From Camelus dromedarius (lineage: Eukaryota), in NCBI RefSeq assembly GCF_036321535.1, contig NC_087436.1, positions 89,530,001 through 89,594,000 on the forward strand: a stretch of DNA of 64,000 nt, given 5' to 3'. Made by a program: the position numbers and the translations under genes. The first letter of the stretch is position 1. Each line of letters begins with the position of its first letter. Shown here piece after piece: positions 36,760 through 51,207 of the stretch. Below the pieces are notes generated by a model. The model ran no database searches. It saw only the letters and a program-made list of their open reading frames with translations, and was not told where the DNA came from.

Positions 36760-39700
36760 CTTCCAGAGGGCAACATGACTTTTTTTTTTTTTTTTCCAGT
36801 AACTCTGGCTCAATTTGTGTCCACCCCCAACCCCTCCACCTCCCCAGGGATATAAGGAATAGAGAATGAAGGAATTATCAGCAGAGCTCAAAACTACTCA
36901 TAGACCTAACTCCAGGGGTTTTGCCAAGATTATTAAGTGCTGGAATCCATAGCATCAGAAGACTGAAAGGAATCCCTGTATGACATCTGGGAAACTCCTT
37001 AATTTTAAGAGCAAAATGAATGATTTGACTTCTCTAAGACAGGACATAATGATGTAGAAAGTTGTTTGCCAGTGATTGGTTGCTAAGGAAGTTTATGGAA
37101 TCTCCTTTTTACAAATGATTCAAAATTTTATCTAAAAGTAATTCTTCTTATGCATGATGTGGGAATTGAAGGTAGACTTCTCCAGGTACTTTTTTTGCAC
37201 TGGAAGCTTATTTTAAGCCTCACCAGAATTCCCCTCAGGTATAATCCCTTCACAGTTTTATAGGACTAAGTCTTTCAGCTCATCAGTCCCTGAAGTTCCA
37301 GTAACTTTACTAGAGACAGTTGTGGGGATAATTTAAGCAAGTCCCATATCCCTCCAATTTCCTTTTCCACAACTTCTCTACAAAATAACCCAAGCATGAG
37401 ACATTTTGCAAATGTGACAACCTAGTTTTCAGCCTCTCTTGTAGTTAGAAGCTCTTGTGGCTAACCTTTGGAGAACTACTCAAAGTAGGAATCCTTTAAA
37501 TAGATTACAATACTGTAATTCATTCTTTGTTGGCTTGAATAACTTACATGAAATGACAGTAATGTTGCTGGGCGTTATGGGTTGAATACCTGACTAGAGC
37601 CGTGCGCCAAAAAAGGGCATTTTGAAATATCCTGCAAAATTTTCTATTATGTATGATTTTCTCAACATCAGCACTTCCATAAAACTAATGTTTATTTTAT
37701 TCATTCCATGAAAGAAGCCATAGAAAATAGCTAAATAAGCAAGTTTTGGCATATTGAAGGACACTTTCCAAGATGTTTTATACCCATTCAGCCTAATTCC
37801 CTTCTCTAGTCCTGAATCTCCTTTAAACTGATAGACTCTCCCATGCAACATGTAGCCAGAACCAACTAATATATCCCTAACAGTCATTTGGACTCCTAGG
37901 ATTCTGCTTCTTACCTAAGCACTGGCCCTTTAAACTGACACACTTGCCTGGTTTGTTCTCACCAAACAAATGGAAATCATCTCAGACTGAACTCCCATTA
38001 CAGAAGTAACTTCTATGCTGGTTGTTGACTGTCAGGAGGTCCTCTTAAAGTAGGAAAGAACTGTCTCCAGGAAAGGGCTCTCTCTACTGTACTGACATTG
38101 TGTATGGAGTTCACTTTGCTGAGCGTATGTCTGCTCTAAGTGCTAAAGACCTATGCATATCAGGGATGCCTTCAGAGCTTCTTGAGGAGCAAATTTTGTT
38201 TAAGTCCCTTGACCTTCCTGGCAAAGGCTCCAATAGTTCTATATTAAGAAAACAAATGGGGAACTCAGAGACAACAGAAGTACTAGGTACTCAATTTGGG
38301 GCTTAGGTTGTTCCTTACCATCTCAATCAACTGTGTCAGATGGAGCGGTGGAGGTTCGAAAATTCACTAAACTAGACTTCTGAGGTGAATCTAACTCATT
38401 GACATGTGAGAGAGCAATGAATGTTAGAACATTTAAAATCTGATTTGGGTGACCCCAATGCCAAATGCTTCATTTCGGTTATGTGATACTCTTGAAGACT
38501 GCCAATGCCTAATAAATCATATTCCCTTTGGCATCTTGGACTCTGGAATGGGAATAGTTGATCTTGAGAATATCGTGTAAAAACACCTAGCTCAAATAAT
38601 ATAGAAGTAATTTTAAAGGCATATCCTCTGGGTCAGTATAGACCCTAGACTCATTAGATTCTTGTTTAAGCATCTGAAGGTCAGGGACTTAGGCAATCTG
38701 ATTGGAAATCTGAAAGATTCTAAGCAAAGTATTTGCCATCTTAAAGGATCCTTGGTCTATCAAGGACACAACCTGCAGACATTGAAACCTACTTCTGGAA
38801 ATTAATCAGGCATGCTTCATTGGATCTTTGTGATAACTGAAATATCCAGGGAATTTAAAGTTCTCTTGGGCTCTGTACACATTTGAATAATGTTATCTCA
38901 TTTCACTGATATATGCTAAAATCAGAACTGAAAATAGCTGTTAATTATAATACCATCTTTTCTTGTAGCGTGTAAAGACTTGGGTGGATACCAATAAGCA
39001 TCACTGGGTGCAAGCTGGAACTCACAGGCAGGAGGGTCAGCAAATAGAGGGGTCTCCTGTTCTTTCAGAGTCCTGTGGAGAGGAATGCTTGGACAAAAGT
39101 ACAACTGTGTGCTCCACGGGCTTGGATTCCAGGAGAGGAACTCTAGCAGCTGTTGTTCTCTTTAAATGGGCAAATGTGAGAACAGCTTTGCATGGAAAAA
39201 AATGGACAGCTTGGGTGACTCTGAATTATCTTTATCTGAAATGTCTCAGTCTTGATCTGGGACAGTAGTAGTGACAGTGAAAGAGGAGCAACTATAAGAC
39301 AAGCATAGCAATAATAAATTACCTATATACATAATTTGAGTTTTGAAAATGAAGTAACCAAACTATTGATTCAAATATATTATTCAAATGTTATATGTAT
39401 GAATAAGAGACTCAGGAGCTGGCTCTTCAGGGGCTGTTTAGCTGCCCCACTCCAAATGAAATAAAACTCATACACTTAGGGTACAAACTGTAAGTCATCT
39501 ACAGAGCCTAGTCTTAGGCCAGGGCTTAATAAACATTTGCTGAGTAAGTTAATAGAATCACAAAGAAACTACTCAAGACTGATAAATTGCTTACTCTGGT
39601 CCTGCCTCAAATGTCCCTATGTTTCTTGATTGTAAGTAGACATGGCATAAAGATGTACTTAGATGACAGACATAGAAATTATAGACATTATAGCTTACAC

Positions 39701-40835
39701 ATAAAGTTTACTTGATTTTAAGATACAGCATTGTCCAAACCAATACATTTCTGGCTCTTTAAAAAAAATGCAAACCTACAAAAAGTCTTTTTTTGATGAA
39801 AAATCTATGATAACCTTTATTTCCTTTAGTTACTTACTAAGTGGCAATTCCAGAGAGGGTCTCACTTTCTCTTGTTGTCTTTAAATTTTTAAGACATGTC
39901 AGCTACATTGGAAATGTTTGCTAAACCTGAACTTTCAGAATACTAGTAGGATACACTTTAATTGGATCTATAAAAGCAATTCCCCAAAGAGTGTAACTCA
40001 GACCCGTTTACAGAAACCAATTCAGGGTTTACAGAGAGGAAAAAAAAAAAAAAAAAACCACTGAAAAACTTCAAGACTTCCTTTGCTCAGCTTAATGTTT
40101 AGAGGAAAGCCTGAGGAGTGGAGCTTTAGTGGTTCATTTGGCTGAGAATTCGTATTTTTTCCCTTGCATTGGATAAAATGTATCATCTTATTTCATTTTA
40201 TGTAATTTTACCAGTGTTCTAGGATCATGACATTATTAATGCCATGAACAGGAATATGCCCACCAGAAACAGCTCATTCTAAAAATTTCATAGTAATGGT
40301 AGATAGTGGTGGGTCAATGAAATTGACAGATAACCCAGCAGTGTTTTTTCATTCAATAAACAATTTCATCATTTCCAGAGGATACAATTTTTAAAATCTG
40401 TTTTCTATTTTGAGGTTTTATTTTTTTGTAATGGTTGTTTTTAACCAATAGTAACATAACAAGTAAGAGAGGCACAGTATTGATCTGTTATATCACTCAA
40501 TTGTCTTGTTTACTTATTTTGGACTTTGCTACACTTGGACCTTATCTGGTAGAAATGCAGGTAGACAACTGAATAGTTAAAGGAGAGGCAATGAAAGGAA
40601 GAGAAGTAAATGGCCTCGATAATCCATACACTAGCTAATCATCCACCTAATTTTTGAGTGTTGATTGGATTCACAGGCCGTGAAATGGAGTCCTGTAAAG
40701 TTTTTCTAACGAAACCTCAACTTAATTTTGCTTCCCAGTTAAAAAAAAAAAAATGTTAAATTTGGAAACCAAATACAAGTTAGAACACACCAGAGGTGAC
40801 TTAGGGCCCAAAGCAGAAAATAGAACAAGTAGATA

Positions 40836-40860
40836 TTCTGGGAAACTAGCTGAGTCAGCA
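40836..40860. promoter_or_regulatory. Adjacent STAT (TTCTGGGAA) and AP-1/MARE/ARE (GCTGAGTCAGCA) motifs
   Basis: Motif match only; no functional evidence. Confidence 0.35.
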
Positions 40861-41789
40861 CAGTGCTTGTTAGAAATGGTAGCCTCCACACCTGCCTCTA
40901 GAATCCTGTGGGTAAAGAATTTTGTTTCGATGATCATTCATGGGCTGACTTAGGTCAGTGCTGGTCTCTGCTTTGCACTAAGATAGACAAAATCATGTTT
41001 TCCATGAATTTCTCATTTTTTTTTCCTTCAGCATTTCATTAACCTGAAAAAATATAAATTTACTATTAGTTTTCCTTTAATTATATTACTCTTTTTAAAG
41101 TAAGTTTTATTTATTAACTATAGGACACACACACTAATTTTTAATATGGTAAGAATCAGGTGTTTTATCAATCCTGGTGAGTCTAAGGATTCTAAAAATT
41201 ATTGTTTAGGTCAAAGCGTACTGGCTAGAAATTCTTTTTGAATTTCTAACTTCTTATTTTAGATTTTTTTTTAATTCCTTGAAAATTGCTATTTCACTTG
41301 ATATAGATTTTTTTAACTGAGAAATGACTCCTAGGTATTAAAAAAAAGTAGCATGGGTTTAACAAGATAAATCTTTTCAAGGATATGTTAATGTCATCAA
41401 AACTCTCAAAAGGCAACTTTTATTATCCTATAATGTGCAATGTTTTTATTGTCTTTTATAGAAATAAAACTGATTTTTCAATTCGGTTTTTAAGTGTTAT
41501 GAAATCTCACATTGCCTGATTTCATTTATATTGATTTAAATATAACTGACTGAATATAAGTGACCAATGATAGGTTAAACTATGGAACAGGTTAAACTAT
41601 GGAATTTGGGGCTTCTCTCTTATCTGATACTTCGTTCTACATGCTGTTCTACAACTTTTCCCTTTACTCTTCTTTCCTGGGCTTTTGCTCATGCTATTTT
41701 TCTCAGTTTGGAAACTTACTATCCAAGTCCAAGCACCAGCTCAACTTGTTGAAGCCTCATTCCCTAGGTCCTAAGCTACAAGAGAGCTA

Positions 41790-41905
41790 ACCATAGGGTG
41801 AAGAGTTGGTATCATATTTAACAGTATTGTATGATGCTCGTAAAGATTTGTTAAGAGGTTAAATCTCATGTTAAATGCTCTTATGACAGCAATTTAAAAA
41901 AACAG
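41790..41905 (+). mobile_element. Short L1 3' UTR fragment
   Basis: 'aacagtattgtatgatgctcgtaaagatttgttaagaggttaaatctcatgttaaatgctcttat'. Confidence 0.6.
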
Positions 41906-42604
41906 GAAGGAGAAAAATATTTTTAAAAAAGGAGTTAGTTGGGGATCACAGGCCATACACATTAGGACTAAAAGCCATCCAAGAGAACTAGAGTGAGCAG
42001 AAGGTATACTTCAAGTGGTGAGATGACATGGGTGGTCAGGGACCGGGTAAGTAGAAGCCACTAACATGAGTAGACTAAAATCCCAGGAAAGAAAGCAGGG
42101 AGAACACTGAGTAAATAGAGCCAAAGCACAGTGTGAAAGTCATTTCAGAATTCATTTTCAGTCTCCTTGCAACTTAATGAAGTCCTGCTGAGCAGGTACT
42201 GAGGTCTGTGTGTATCAGGGCTCCACCAGACACTGCCTTGTAGGATTCTCATTTCAGATGTTTTCTCTTCAATGAAGTCTCTTTGGTATCCCCCAAGCTA
42301 CAATTTATATGTCTCTTCAGTACTCTACCAATATTCCCATTGTATTTTTACTTCTAATTCAATTTAATAAATACTGAGTGCCTGCAATGTTTCAGACATC
42401 CTGCTAGGAAATTCCTTATCAGTCTTTATTGGTCTCCCAATCCCTCCTAAAATTACAAAAGGAGATTTTGCAATGATTAGAAAAGGGAAGAAGCCCTTTG
42501 ATTGATCTTTCTCTCATGGTTGTTAATATCATTATCTTTCCAAGCCCACAGTAGATACTAGAAATCCAGGAACTTTATCTATCTTTCTACATGTGGAGCG
42601 TGGG

Positions 42605-42637
42605 TTTTTTTGTTTTGTTTTGTTTTGTTTTGTTTTG
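42605..42637. repeat. (TTTTG)n microsatellite
   Basis: Direct reading. Confidence 0.9.
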
Positions 42638-45329
42638 CTAGGATTCAAGTTTCTACGATGTGCTATCCTGCTACCATAGTCTCTTAGGTCTGGCTACCTT
42701 GGGGACCAATTATGGTTTATAATACCAAAGGGACTGACAGACATCTTTTTCTACAAGCAGGCATCCTTACCTTACTGTTTACTACCCCAGGATATCTGAT
42801 ATAGTCTCCTTAGTGATTTTAGGCTTTTTATAAAGGGCAGGCTTTTTCAGCTGCTTCTACGTTCTACCAAGCTGTAAACCCTGAGGGAAAGAATTATAAA
42901 GCCAGATTATCTCAGTAAAATGGGAAATGGAAAAAGAGAAAATATATCAAAAATTTACTTGCCAGTTTAAAAAGGAAAACAGATACTGAACAAGAGACTA
43001 TTATAGAAGAGAAAAATAATTGTAGTTATAGCTACCAGATACACCTAAAGGACTTATGTTCCCCCAAATAAGGAAGCACTCTAGTATTCAGCTGCATTTA
43101 TGCCTATTGCAGTATTACTTACTAGGAAAAAAAATAAAAGAAAATGGAATCAACATTAGCACTTAGCAATGGGAGAGTGGTCAAATAAAGTATGTTGCAT
43201 CTGCACAAGGATGTACTACATGGATATGAGGGCATTGAAATGATGTTGGTATTGACATTAGAAAATATTCATAATATATGTTCAGATGCAAAATATAGTT
43301 TACAAAGAACATGGTTGACAAGATACATACTAGTGTTTTACCAGTGGTTCCATTTGGTGGAAATTCAAGAGTTTTTAGCTTTACTCTTCTTTGTTCACTT
43401 GGATTTTTAAGTTTTTCTCCAAGGAACTTTTTTTTCAAACATGAAAATAAAACTAAAAAAGAACTATGTTGAATTTCCAAAAGACCTAATTGCTTCCATC
43501 TACTAAACATCTACTGTGTTTAGTCACTTTGGTAAACACTTTACATACATTATTTCTGTTTTTCTCACTAGTCTTGAAAAATTGGTATAAGACAGATGTT
43601 TTTTCTGTTTACTTCTATTTGTTCCGAGAGGAGGAAATATTAATCAGATTGGTAGATGGAAGAGTCATGTTTCCTACTGAGCAGAGTTGCTGGGCAGGCA
43701 TGGTTGCCTCTCTTCTACTCCATCCATGTGGTTAGGTAAAGAAGAGCCCTCCTACCAAGGCTTTCTTTTTCCCCTTCTCTTTGATTAATATCTTATCATG
43801 CTTGCCATTGCTGTTAATTTGGGTAGAAAGTGGTGAAGAAGGGAGAGGAAATGGATTTTAAGCATGGGAATCAGAGAAATAAATCTGATTTTTAAAAAGA
43901 GAATTGTTAAGGAATTCCCACACAAATTACTGGATTGGATTTTCTGGAATTCTTTTGCGTTCATTTCCCTGCAAGAGTAGAGATTTCTCAGAAAAACAGC
44001 GTTTTGTTTGGTCTACACCTTTGACAGTAGGTTTCACATCAATGATGGTATAACTTTCCTTAACAAGGTATCATCCACTCATTTAATGTGCATGTGAGTG
44101 AAGCTCTACTGATTTGGGAATCAGACAAGGCAACAGCTGTAAAAGCAATGAGGCATGACATGATAAAATGTGTGCGTTTTCTGATGACTTTTAATGCTAC
44201 TGAAATATATTTTAAAAACTAAGAGTAACAAAATAGATTTTGAAAGTTTATTGGGATACTTTTACATTTCTTTTTCTTTACAATTTGATGTCAAATTATT
44301 TTCAAGTGCCTTAAACATGTTATATTATTATGTAATTTTCTCCGTAAATACTTTTAGCTAATAAATAAATAAGAAATTAACTTGTGTGAATTGAAAGAGG
44401 ATAGTCTTATCCAGATCACAGAGCTAGTAATTGAGGATCTTTAATGTTTTGTAAACATTCTACTGTGTATGAGCAGCTCTTCTAAAAGGCAGTAAATGTA
44501 AAGCTAAATATAGTCAACATTTATTGATGACACCCACTGAGTCATGAAAATTACAACCTGTCATGGCAGAACTGTTCTTTGTACATCTGACTTAGATCCT
44601 GGGGTTAAGATTTCTACTTCAGTTGGTTTTTAATAATATAGAGATAGATCATTCACTTGATTCACGTAACTTCTTTTTATTTCTCTAAGCCTGTTCAGTC
44701 TTCACTATCTAAAGCTAAATTTGTATACTACTTTATATTTTGCAATGTAGTATTTTCTTAATGCACAGTTTGATTTTTGTCTACCTATTGTCTACCCAGT
44801 ATCAATTTTGCTAATACCAATATCATCTTCTTTGTACTTCGCCACTTTTCCACTTCATGACATTCTGATGGGACTGCTATTCACAAAGGTAACCTGGTTG
44901 TGCAGGAGGCTTGTAACATAACTGAGATCCGGCTGTGATGGGATCAGTGCATATTTAACATTTAATGAAATGTTACATACAGACACTGGGAAATAGAAGA
45001 TAAGTTCATGATATTGTCTCAATTATGTCCTCTGCCAAAGAGAGGACTCCCACTATCAGTAGAAAAGAAAAAAAAGAATGAGGAAACTAAGGCGAGAAGC
45101 AAAGCTGACAAGTTCAGAAACCTAATAATGGTGTCTGATTACTTGATATCTCATACAGGTACCACCCCTAACCTTTGCATTTGAGTGAATTGGTCACTTT
45201 TTGTTTGTTTGGTTCATATCATTTGCACACAAAACGTGAATTGACCTCATTAAATGGGCCCAATATGTGTGGTTTTTGTTAGTAAGACCCTGCTTCAAAG
45301 AAAGGTAAATAGGATGATCTACTTTGTAG

Positions 45330-45570
45330 ATAACAGCCATTCTCCTTCATTTGTCAACCCAAGGTTTATTCAGTGGGCTCATTCACTTAGTAGCAAAGTA
45401 GAATGAGTGTGGAAGTGATGGTGTGGTCAACAGGATGGACCTCCTCTCACCAAGACCGACCTGGCTATGGCCATTGAGTGTGCCTAGTTTTTGTAAATCA
45501 TTAGGAAGCGTCAGGGCCCTAGTATGAAATGATATTTCTAAGAGATCAGCCAGCTGCCTGATTACAGTTC
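45330..45570 (+). mobile_element. ERV-L internal (pol/integrase N-terminal region) fragment
   Basis: 'atggacctcctctcaccaagaccgacctggctatggccattgagtg...gatcagccagctgcctgattac' resembles HERV-L-type pol (GLPLTKADLA region). Confidence 0.75.
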
Positions 45571-46999
45571 ATCTTCTTTGGGCTTTTTTTTTCATTTTAA
45601 GAAAGTCAATAATTTACAGTCTCAAAATATTTATTTTGAATTTGGTTTTATTTTTCTACCGGTAATGTTTCTGCCAGATCCATTGCTCATGGGTTTACTG
45701 AATGTTCTAAATATTGTCGTAATATTCCACACAAAGCATTTCTTATCTTCCAACTCACTTCACAATGGAACAAAGAATGCAATGGACCAATGCCTGAGGG
45801 TTCCCAGGTCTTTTCATATACCATGCTTGAGGTACCAGGCTAGAATTTATAATTATTTTAGTAGTGAAAAAAGAACTAAGTCAAACAATACATAGGAAGG
45901 GATTGAAGAGAAGATTTGAAATCCAAGTCTTGAGATGGTCAGAAACTAGAGCCGCTCTTTTTCTTGTACCCAGTAGATGATGTGGACTGAATCTCTAAGG
46001 TAGTGTCATCAGAAACTTAGCTGTAACTAATTTTGATTTCTCTCTGTGTGTGTGTATGTTTCCCAAAACTAACATGTCTGGAGGAGAGAATCTGGTTGAC
46101 TTAGTTTGTGTATGTGCTCACTGCAGTATTATCAGAAGAAAGAAGTATATTAAATATTAGGCATCCAAGGATTGGACTGTAGTAGCTACTCCTTTTGCTT
46201 TCTCAGTATGTTTCCTGTGTGTCTCTCTTTCATCCCTACTGCCTCCCATCTCCTAGAAAATCTGTTCTCCTAGCTAAATGGTTGAATGTCATATCTGAGC
46301 TGTTGATAAGCATATCTAGTTGTTACTGTGGTGACTGTTTCTAACTTCAAAATGATAATAGTCATCCTATGTCTGTCATATTGAAATTCATCATCAGCTG
46401 TAAGATCTCCTTTTCAGGGATACTTATAATGAAAAATATTTTCATATATTTAATAAATTTAATGTTTTTTTAAGTGTAATAAATGAAAATGTTGACTTCA
46501 CAGCATAAAAATGACAGTGCTCTGAAGTAATGCACTGTTTTAATTTCATTAATTTCATGGAGAAGATGAGAGATGAGTATGCATCAAGGCCAAATGTTAC
46601 TTATGGTATAATGTATAAACAAAGATTTTGCAATTGTTCAAATAGATTAAACATGGGAGCAAAAGAGGGTCTTTGTATAGCACATAGAAATATAGGCATG
46701 TCAACCTGAAGACAAAGAAAGAAGTCAAAGCAATTAGGGTTGTATTTGTTTCAAGTGTACGTAATCACAGATCTCATATTTTCAGTTCTTAGGGAACCAA
46801 CCAAATTCTGCCAGACTGAAATTGTATGCTTGCATCATTCTGTACTTTTTCCTTGAAGTAACTTATTATATAGTTCTGAAATTTTTGGTTTTATGTTCTA
46901 TGTCCCACTACCACACTGTGAGGCAGGGACTGTCATTTATTTCTGTAGTTCATAACCTGCTCTTTAGTTGGTGATGTGCTGGCATGGGACATGATAGTC

Positions 47000-47240
47000 A
47001 CAAACTTAGAACAAGGGTTTTGGCTTTAGTCACAGATGCATTTGATTATTGGATTTACCATATTTTAGCCATGTAATCTTGGGTAAGTCATTGAATCTCA
47101 TCAAACTTATTTCATTTTTTTGTTGTGATTTATGAGTAACATTGCTTCTTTGAGTAGTGTGAGAATTAGATGTAATAATGTAAGTGAATTTCTAATCACA
47201 GTTTCTGGCATATAAGATTTGAATGAAGTGTAGTTAGTAG
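47000..47240 (+). mobile_element. MIR SINE
   Basis: 'agccatgtaatcttgggtaagtcattgaatctc...gtgagaattagatgtaataatgtaagtgaa'. Confidence 0.7.
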
Positions 47241-48319
47241 CATTGATTTCTCAGCAAACATTTGTGGCTTCTTAAGTGAATGATTACTAAGTTCTCCTTG
47301 GTAAAGCCATGTTTTTTATCAAAAGAATTATAGCAATGAATGTAAACATTTCTAGTATCTACAATGCTAGAGCAGTATCTGTGTTTGATATGGTATTTTT
47401 GAATGTATGCAATTGTGAAAGCTCATTGTTATTGAATAAGAATAGGTGCCTACTACATAAAATATTATTTGAGAAGAATAGTTCTCACAACTGAATAAAC
47501 TAGTCAGAGGGACTATTGAATTACTACAGTGAACATTTAGTTCCATTGATTATTCTACTAGCTGAACTAACAGATGCCAAAAATACTAGCAGATATTTAA
47601 ATGCTGATGGAGCTAATTGATACATCAAATTATTCAATGGATCATCAGCTGATGTGATTAAATATGTAAGACATAAGCTATATTTTAAAATGTCTTCTAA
47701 TTCTATGTGCTTCATCTCACACATTAACACCGAATGCACATTTTAAAATTTGAGCATAACAGTGGGAAACTGTTTAAGTAGGTTATTCATAATTGAATTT
47801 GATATACAGTGTTTATTTTTCTTGTTCTTCTAGTCAACAAACATTTTAGTTGGGTAGTCATGAAAAATAATGAGACTCAAGGTCTGCATGCATTTACCTA
47901 TAGCTAGAGTATCACCAGGAAAAAATACTGATGGCATAGAGAATTCAGAAGATAAGCTGGTTTGCCGAATGCATGTTATTACCATGGTTACTATGTATTG
48001 AGAGAGAAAAAATAATGAGAATAGCAGATACTGTATCTCCCTCTAGGAGAAATATAAACAGTAAATATAGTGATAGGAAAGGTTCTAGCCTTGTTCATGG
48101 GTACTCCTGAGAAAGAATCTGGAAGTTTTCAATCTAACTGTTACAGAATGTGATTTTAAGATCACATCTCTCACACTTGCTCTCCACTCCCACCCCCACC
48201 TCATACTCACTTCAACCACAGGGAAGTGTATGTGCTCACTTCCCTTGTCTTTATCATGGAAGGAATCACTTCACTGTGAATCAATGAAGATGGTGTTAAA
48301 ATTAGTAATCTGTGGTAAT

Positions 48320-48710
48320 AATAATAGGTCAATAATAATAATTGAACACTTTCTGTGTACCGGGTACCATGTAAGAACTTTTCAGGTGTTATTTATTCAT
48401 TGTTAGTCATATGCCTACTAAGTGTTGGACACTTAAGCACTAGGGATATGACATAAAAAAGAAAAAAAAGATGGAGATTCATGCCCTCACGGAGCTTATA
48501 TTTTACTGGGAAATATATTGGAAAACAGATACATTATGTCATTTAATACTTTTCAACTTTATTAAGTTAGCACTAGTATTATCTCCATCTACCTTGGAAG
48601 AAATTGAGGTGTGGAGAAGTTTGGTAATTTGCTTTTAAGCGTATAGCTAGTTAAGGACTGAACCAGGAAATAAAGCCCTGAAATGTCTTGCTCTACCATG
48701 ATACTCTGCT
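48320..48710 (-). mobile_element. MIR interrupted by an L2 3'-end piece
   Basis: MIR 'attgaacactttctgtgtaccgggtacc' ... L2 'tattcattg...catgccctcacggagcttata' ... MIR 'gaaattgaggtgtggagaagtttggtaatttgc'. Confidence 0.6.
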
Positions 48711-48769
48711 TTTCCTAATCTACTGCTTCATTTACAGCCCTGTGCATTTCTTGAGAACAGTGAAGCTAT

Positions 48770-49009
48770 CTACCTGCCAGCATCTGTACCCATATATTCT
48801 GCCTGCATTCTTATAATACGGCTGAATTTTCTAAGTACTAGTCTGAAGTCAGCCCCTCCGTTTGTATCCAGGATCCCTTTCCTCTTGTCTAGTTAAGGAC
48901 CTTGTTCTAGCAATTTTGCCCTTTCTTTCCTACATTAGTTTTTTCTTCTTCCTCTCTATTGGATTACCCCCAATCAGAGGAAATAAATGTTATTATTGTC
49001 TATTATTTT

Positions 49010-49052
<43 letters not shown>

Positions 49053-49573
49053 CTCTCTCTCTCTCTCTCTCTCTTTACCTCACTTTACCCTTCAGTTACT
49101 GACACATTTATCTATTCTTTGTTAAAAAGAGCATTCCTCATGAGGTATCCATAATGACTAAATTCAATTGTACTTCTTTATTTTTCCTTAAAATCATTGC
49201 ATTCAAGCTATCAATCCCTTTTACTACACTGAAATTTCCTTGTCTAAGCCCAAAGGCTTCCAAGTTTCTAAATCCAGTGGTCATTTTTTAGTTCTCATTA
49301 ACTTAACATTGACATTTGAAAGAAACAGTAACTTCTCTTCTCCTTGAAATTCCTTCTATACTTGGTTTTGAGTTGATCACACTCTTCTGCATTTTATTTT
49401 AGTGGTAGCTTTTTATCGGTCTCTTTTATCGGTATTTTCCTCATCTGGTCATCCTTTTAATGATAGAATTATTCAGAGCTCAGTCCTTGATAATTTTGCT
49501 CCTTTTGTTACACATACTTACTTGGTGAGCTCATCTAGTCTTGAGGTTTTAAATACAAATATATAATTTCCAG
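48770..49573 (+). mobile_element. L2 LINE fragment
   Basis: 'aaatccagtggtcattttttagttctcat', 'cttctcttctccttgaaattccttct', 'cttggtgagctcatctagtc'. Confidence 0.8.
49012..49074. repeat. Compound (AC)n(TC)n microsatellite
   Basis: Direct reading. Confidence 0.95.
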
Positions 49574-51207
49574 AAGTGTAAGAAATAAGTGTCTGTTGTT
49601 AACAAATAAATCCACTCACTGGTATTTTGTTATAGTAGCCCAAACTGACTAAGACTGATTTTAGTATTAGGAGTAGGGTACTGCTGTAACAAATAGTTGA
49701 ATATGTGGAAGCAGCTTTGGAACTGGGAAATGGGTAGAGGCTGGGAGAGTTTTGAGACACATACTAGAAATGTGGATGTTAAGGGCAATTCTGGTGAGTT
49801 CTCAGATGGAAATAAGGAATAGGTTACTGAACACTGGAAGGAAGGTGATCCTTGTTAAAAAGTGGTAAGAAACTTGCCTGAACTGTGTTCTTACATGTTG
49901 TGGAAGATGGAACATGTGAGTTATGAAATTGGATATTCAGCTGAGGAGATTTCTAAGCAAGGTGTTAAAGGAGTGGCTTAGTAAACTGCAAAGAAAGAGA
50001 TATGCATTGAAGAAGAGATTGTTAAGCAATAGGAACCAAAACCTGAAGATTTGGAAAATTCTCAGCCTATTCTTTTTGCAAGACTGAGAAATCATGTTCT
50101 GAAGAGAACACCAAAGATGTGGCTGGACTATGACCTGATAAAGTGATGGATAATGCTTCTACATGCAGAAACACTGCCAATTTGAACTGGAGCATGCAGA
50201 GATGGGATGAAATGAAGGAAGACCATCAGACTCTTTGGATTTGACAAGAATGGAACTATAGAGTTATTCATCTGGAAGCATGTGCTTTTTTTCAAGAAGA
50301 GGGAAAAACTACCCCGAAGGCGATTCAGGGATGGGTTACTGCCTCAGTTTCAATACACCAAATGGCCTCCAATCAAAACCTTAGGGTCTGGAAAGCCCTG
50401 CAGAACCTTGGGGCATGGAGACAAGACTGCCACCCCAGTGAGCCTGGAGGGAAGAGCAAAAGAGGACTATTTTCAAGCCTTAAGATCTGATGACATTCAC
50501 TTTTCTGGGTTTTAGATTTTCGTGGGACCCATCAGTTTTTCCTTCTTTATTTCTCTTTTCTGGAATGAGAATGTCTATCCCATGTCTGTCCCACAATTGT
50601 ATTTTGGAAGCACATAACTTGTCTGGTTTGACAAGTGCACAGCTGGAGCAGAATTTTGCCTCAGGGTAAATCATACCTCACATTATATTCATGTCTGATT
50701 TAGGTAATATTGAAATGAAACTTTGGACTTCAGATTTTAGAGTTGATGTTGGGACAAGTTGAGACTTTTGGGGCTATTGGGATGGAATGAAAGCATATTG
50801 CATGTGAAAAGGACATGAACTTTGGGAGGCCAGGGGTAGAACAGACTGAATGTCTGTGTTCACTCAAAATTCTTATGTTAAAGCCTCAACCTCTGATGTG
50901 ATGGTGTTTGGAGGAGGGGCCTTTGGGAGATAATTATATTTAGATGAGGTTGTGAGAGTGGGGCTTCCATGATGGGATTAATGTCCTTACAAGAAGGAGA
51001 AGAAAAAGCAAAGCGCTCTCTCTCTTTGACATGAGAGCGCACAGTGAGAAGGCAGCTGCCTGCAAGCCTAGAAGAGATTTGTCACCAGGGACTGAATCGG
51101 TCAGCACTTTAGACTTCCCAGCCTCCAGAATTATGAGAAATAAGTGTGTTATTTAAGCCACCTAGCTTGTGGTATTTTGCTGTCGTAGTCCAAGCTGACT
51201 TAAGACA
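49569..51207 (+). mobile_element. MaLR (MLT1A-type) provirus: truncated 5' LTR (49569-49636), internal region (~49637-50840), full 3' LTR (~50841-51207)
   Basis: LTR end 'ggtattttgttatagtagcccaaactgactaagac'; internal start 'gtactgctgtaacaaat...atgtggaagcagctttggaactggg'; purine tract 'tttgggaggccaggggtagaa'; second LTR 'gactgaatgtctgtgttc...gctgacttaagaca'. Confidence 0.92.

Noticed and set aside
38922..39268. Overlapping ORFs with acceptor-like sites
   Set aside because: No recognisable protein and no convincing donor
50282..50674. ORFs in the MaLR internal region
   Set aside because: Short frames in a decayed retroelement, no intact gene
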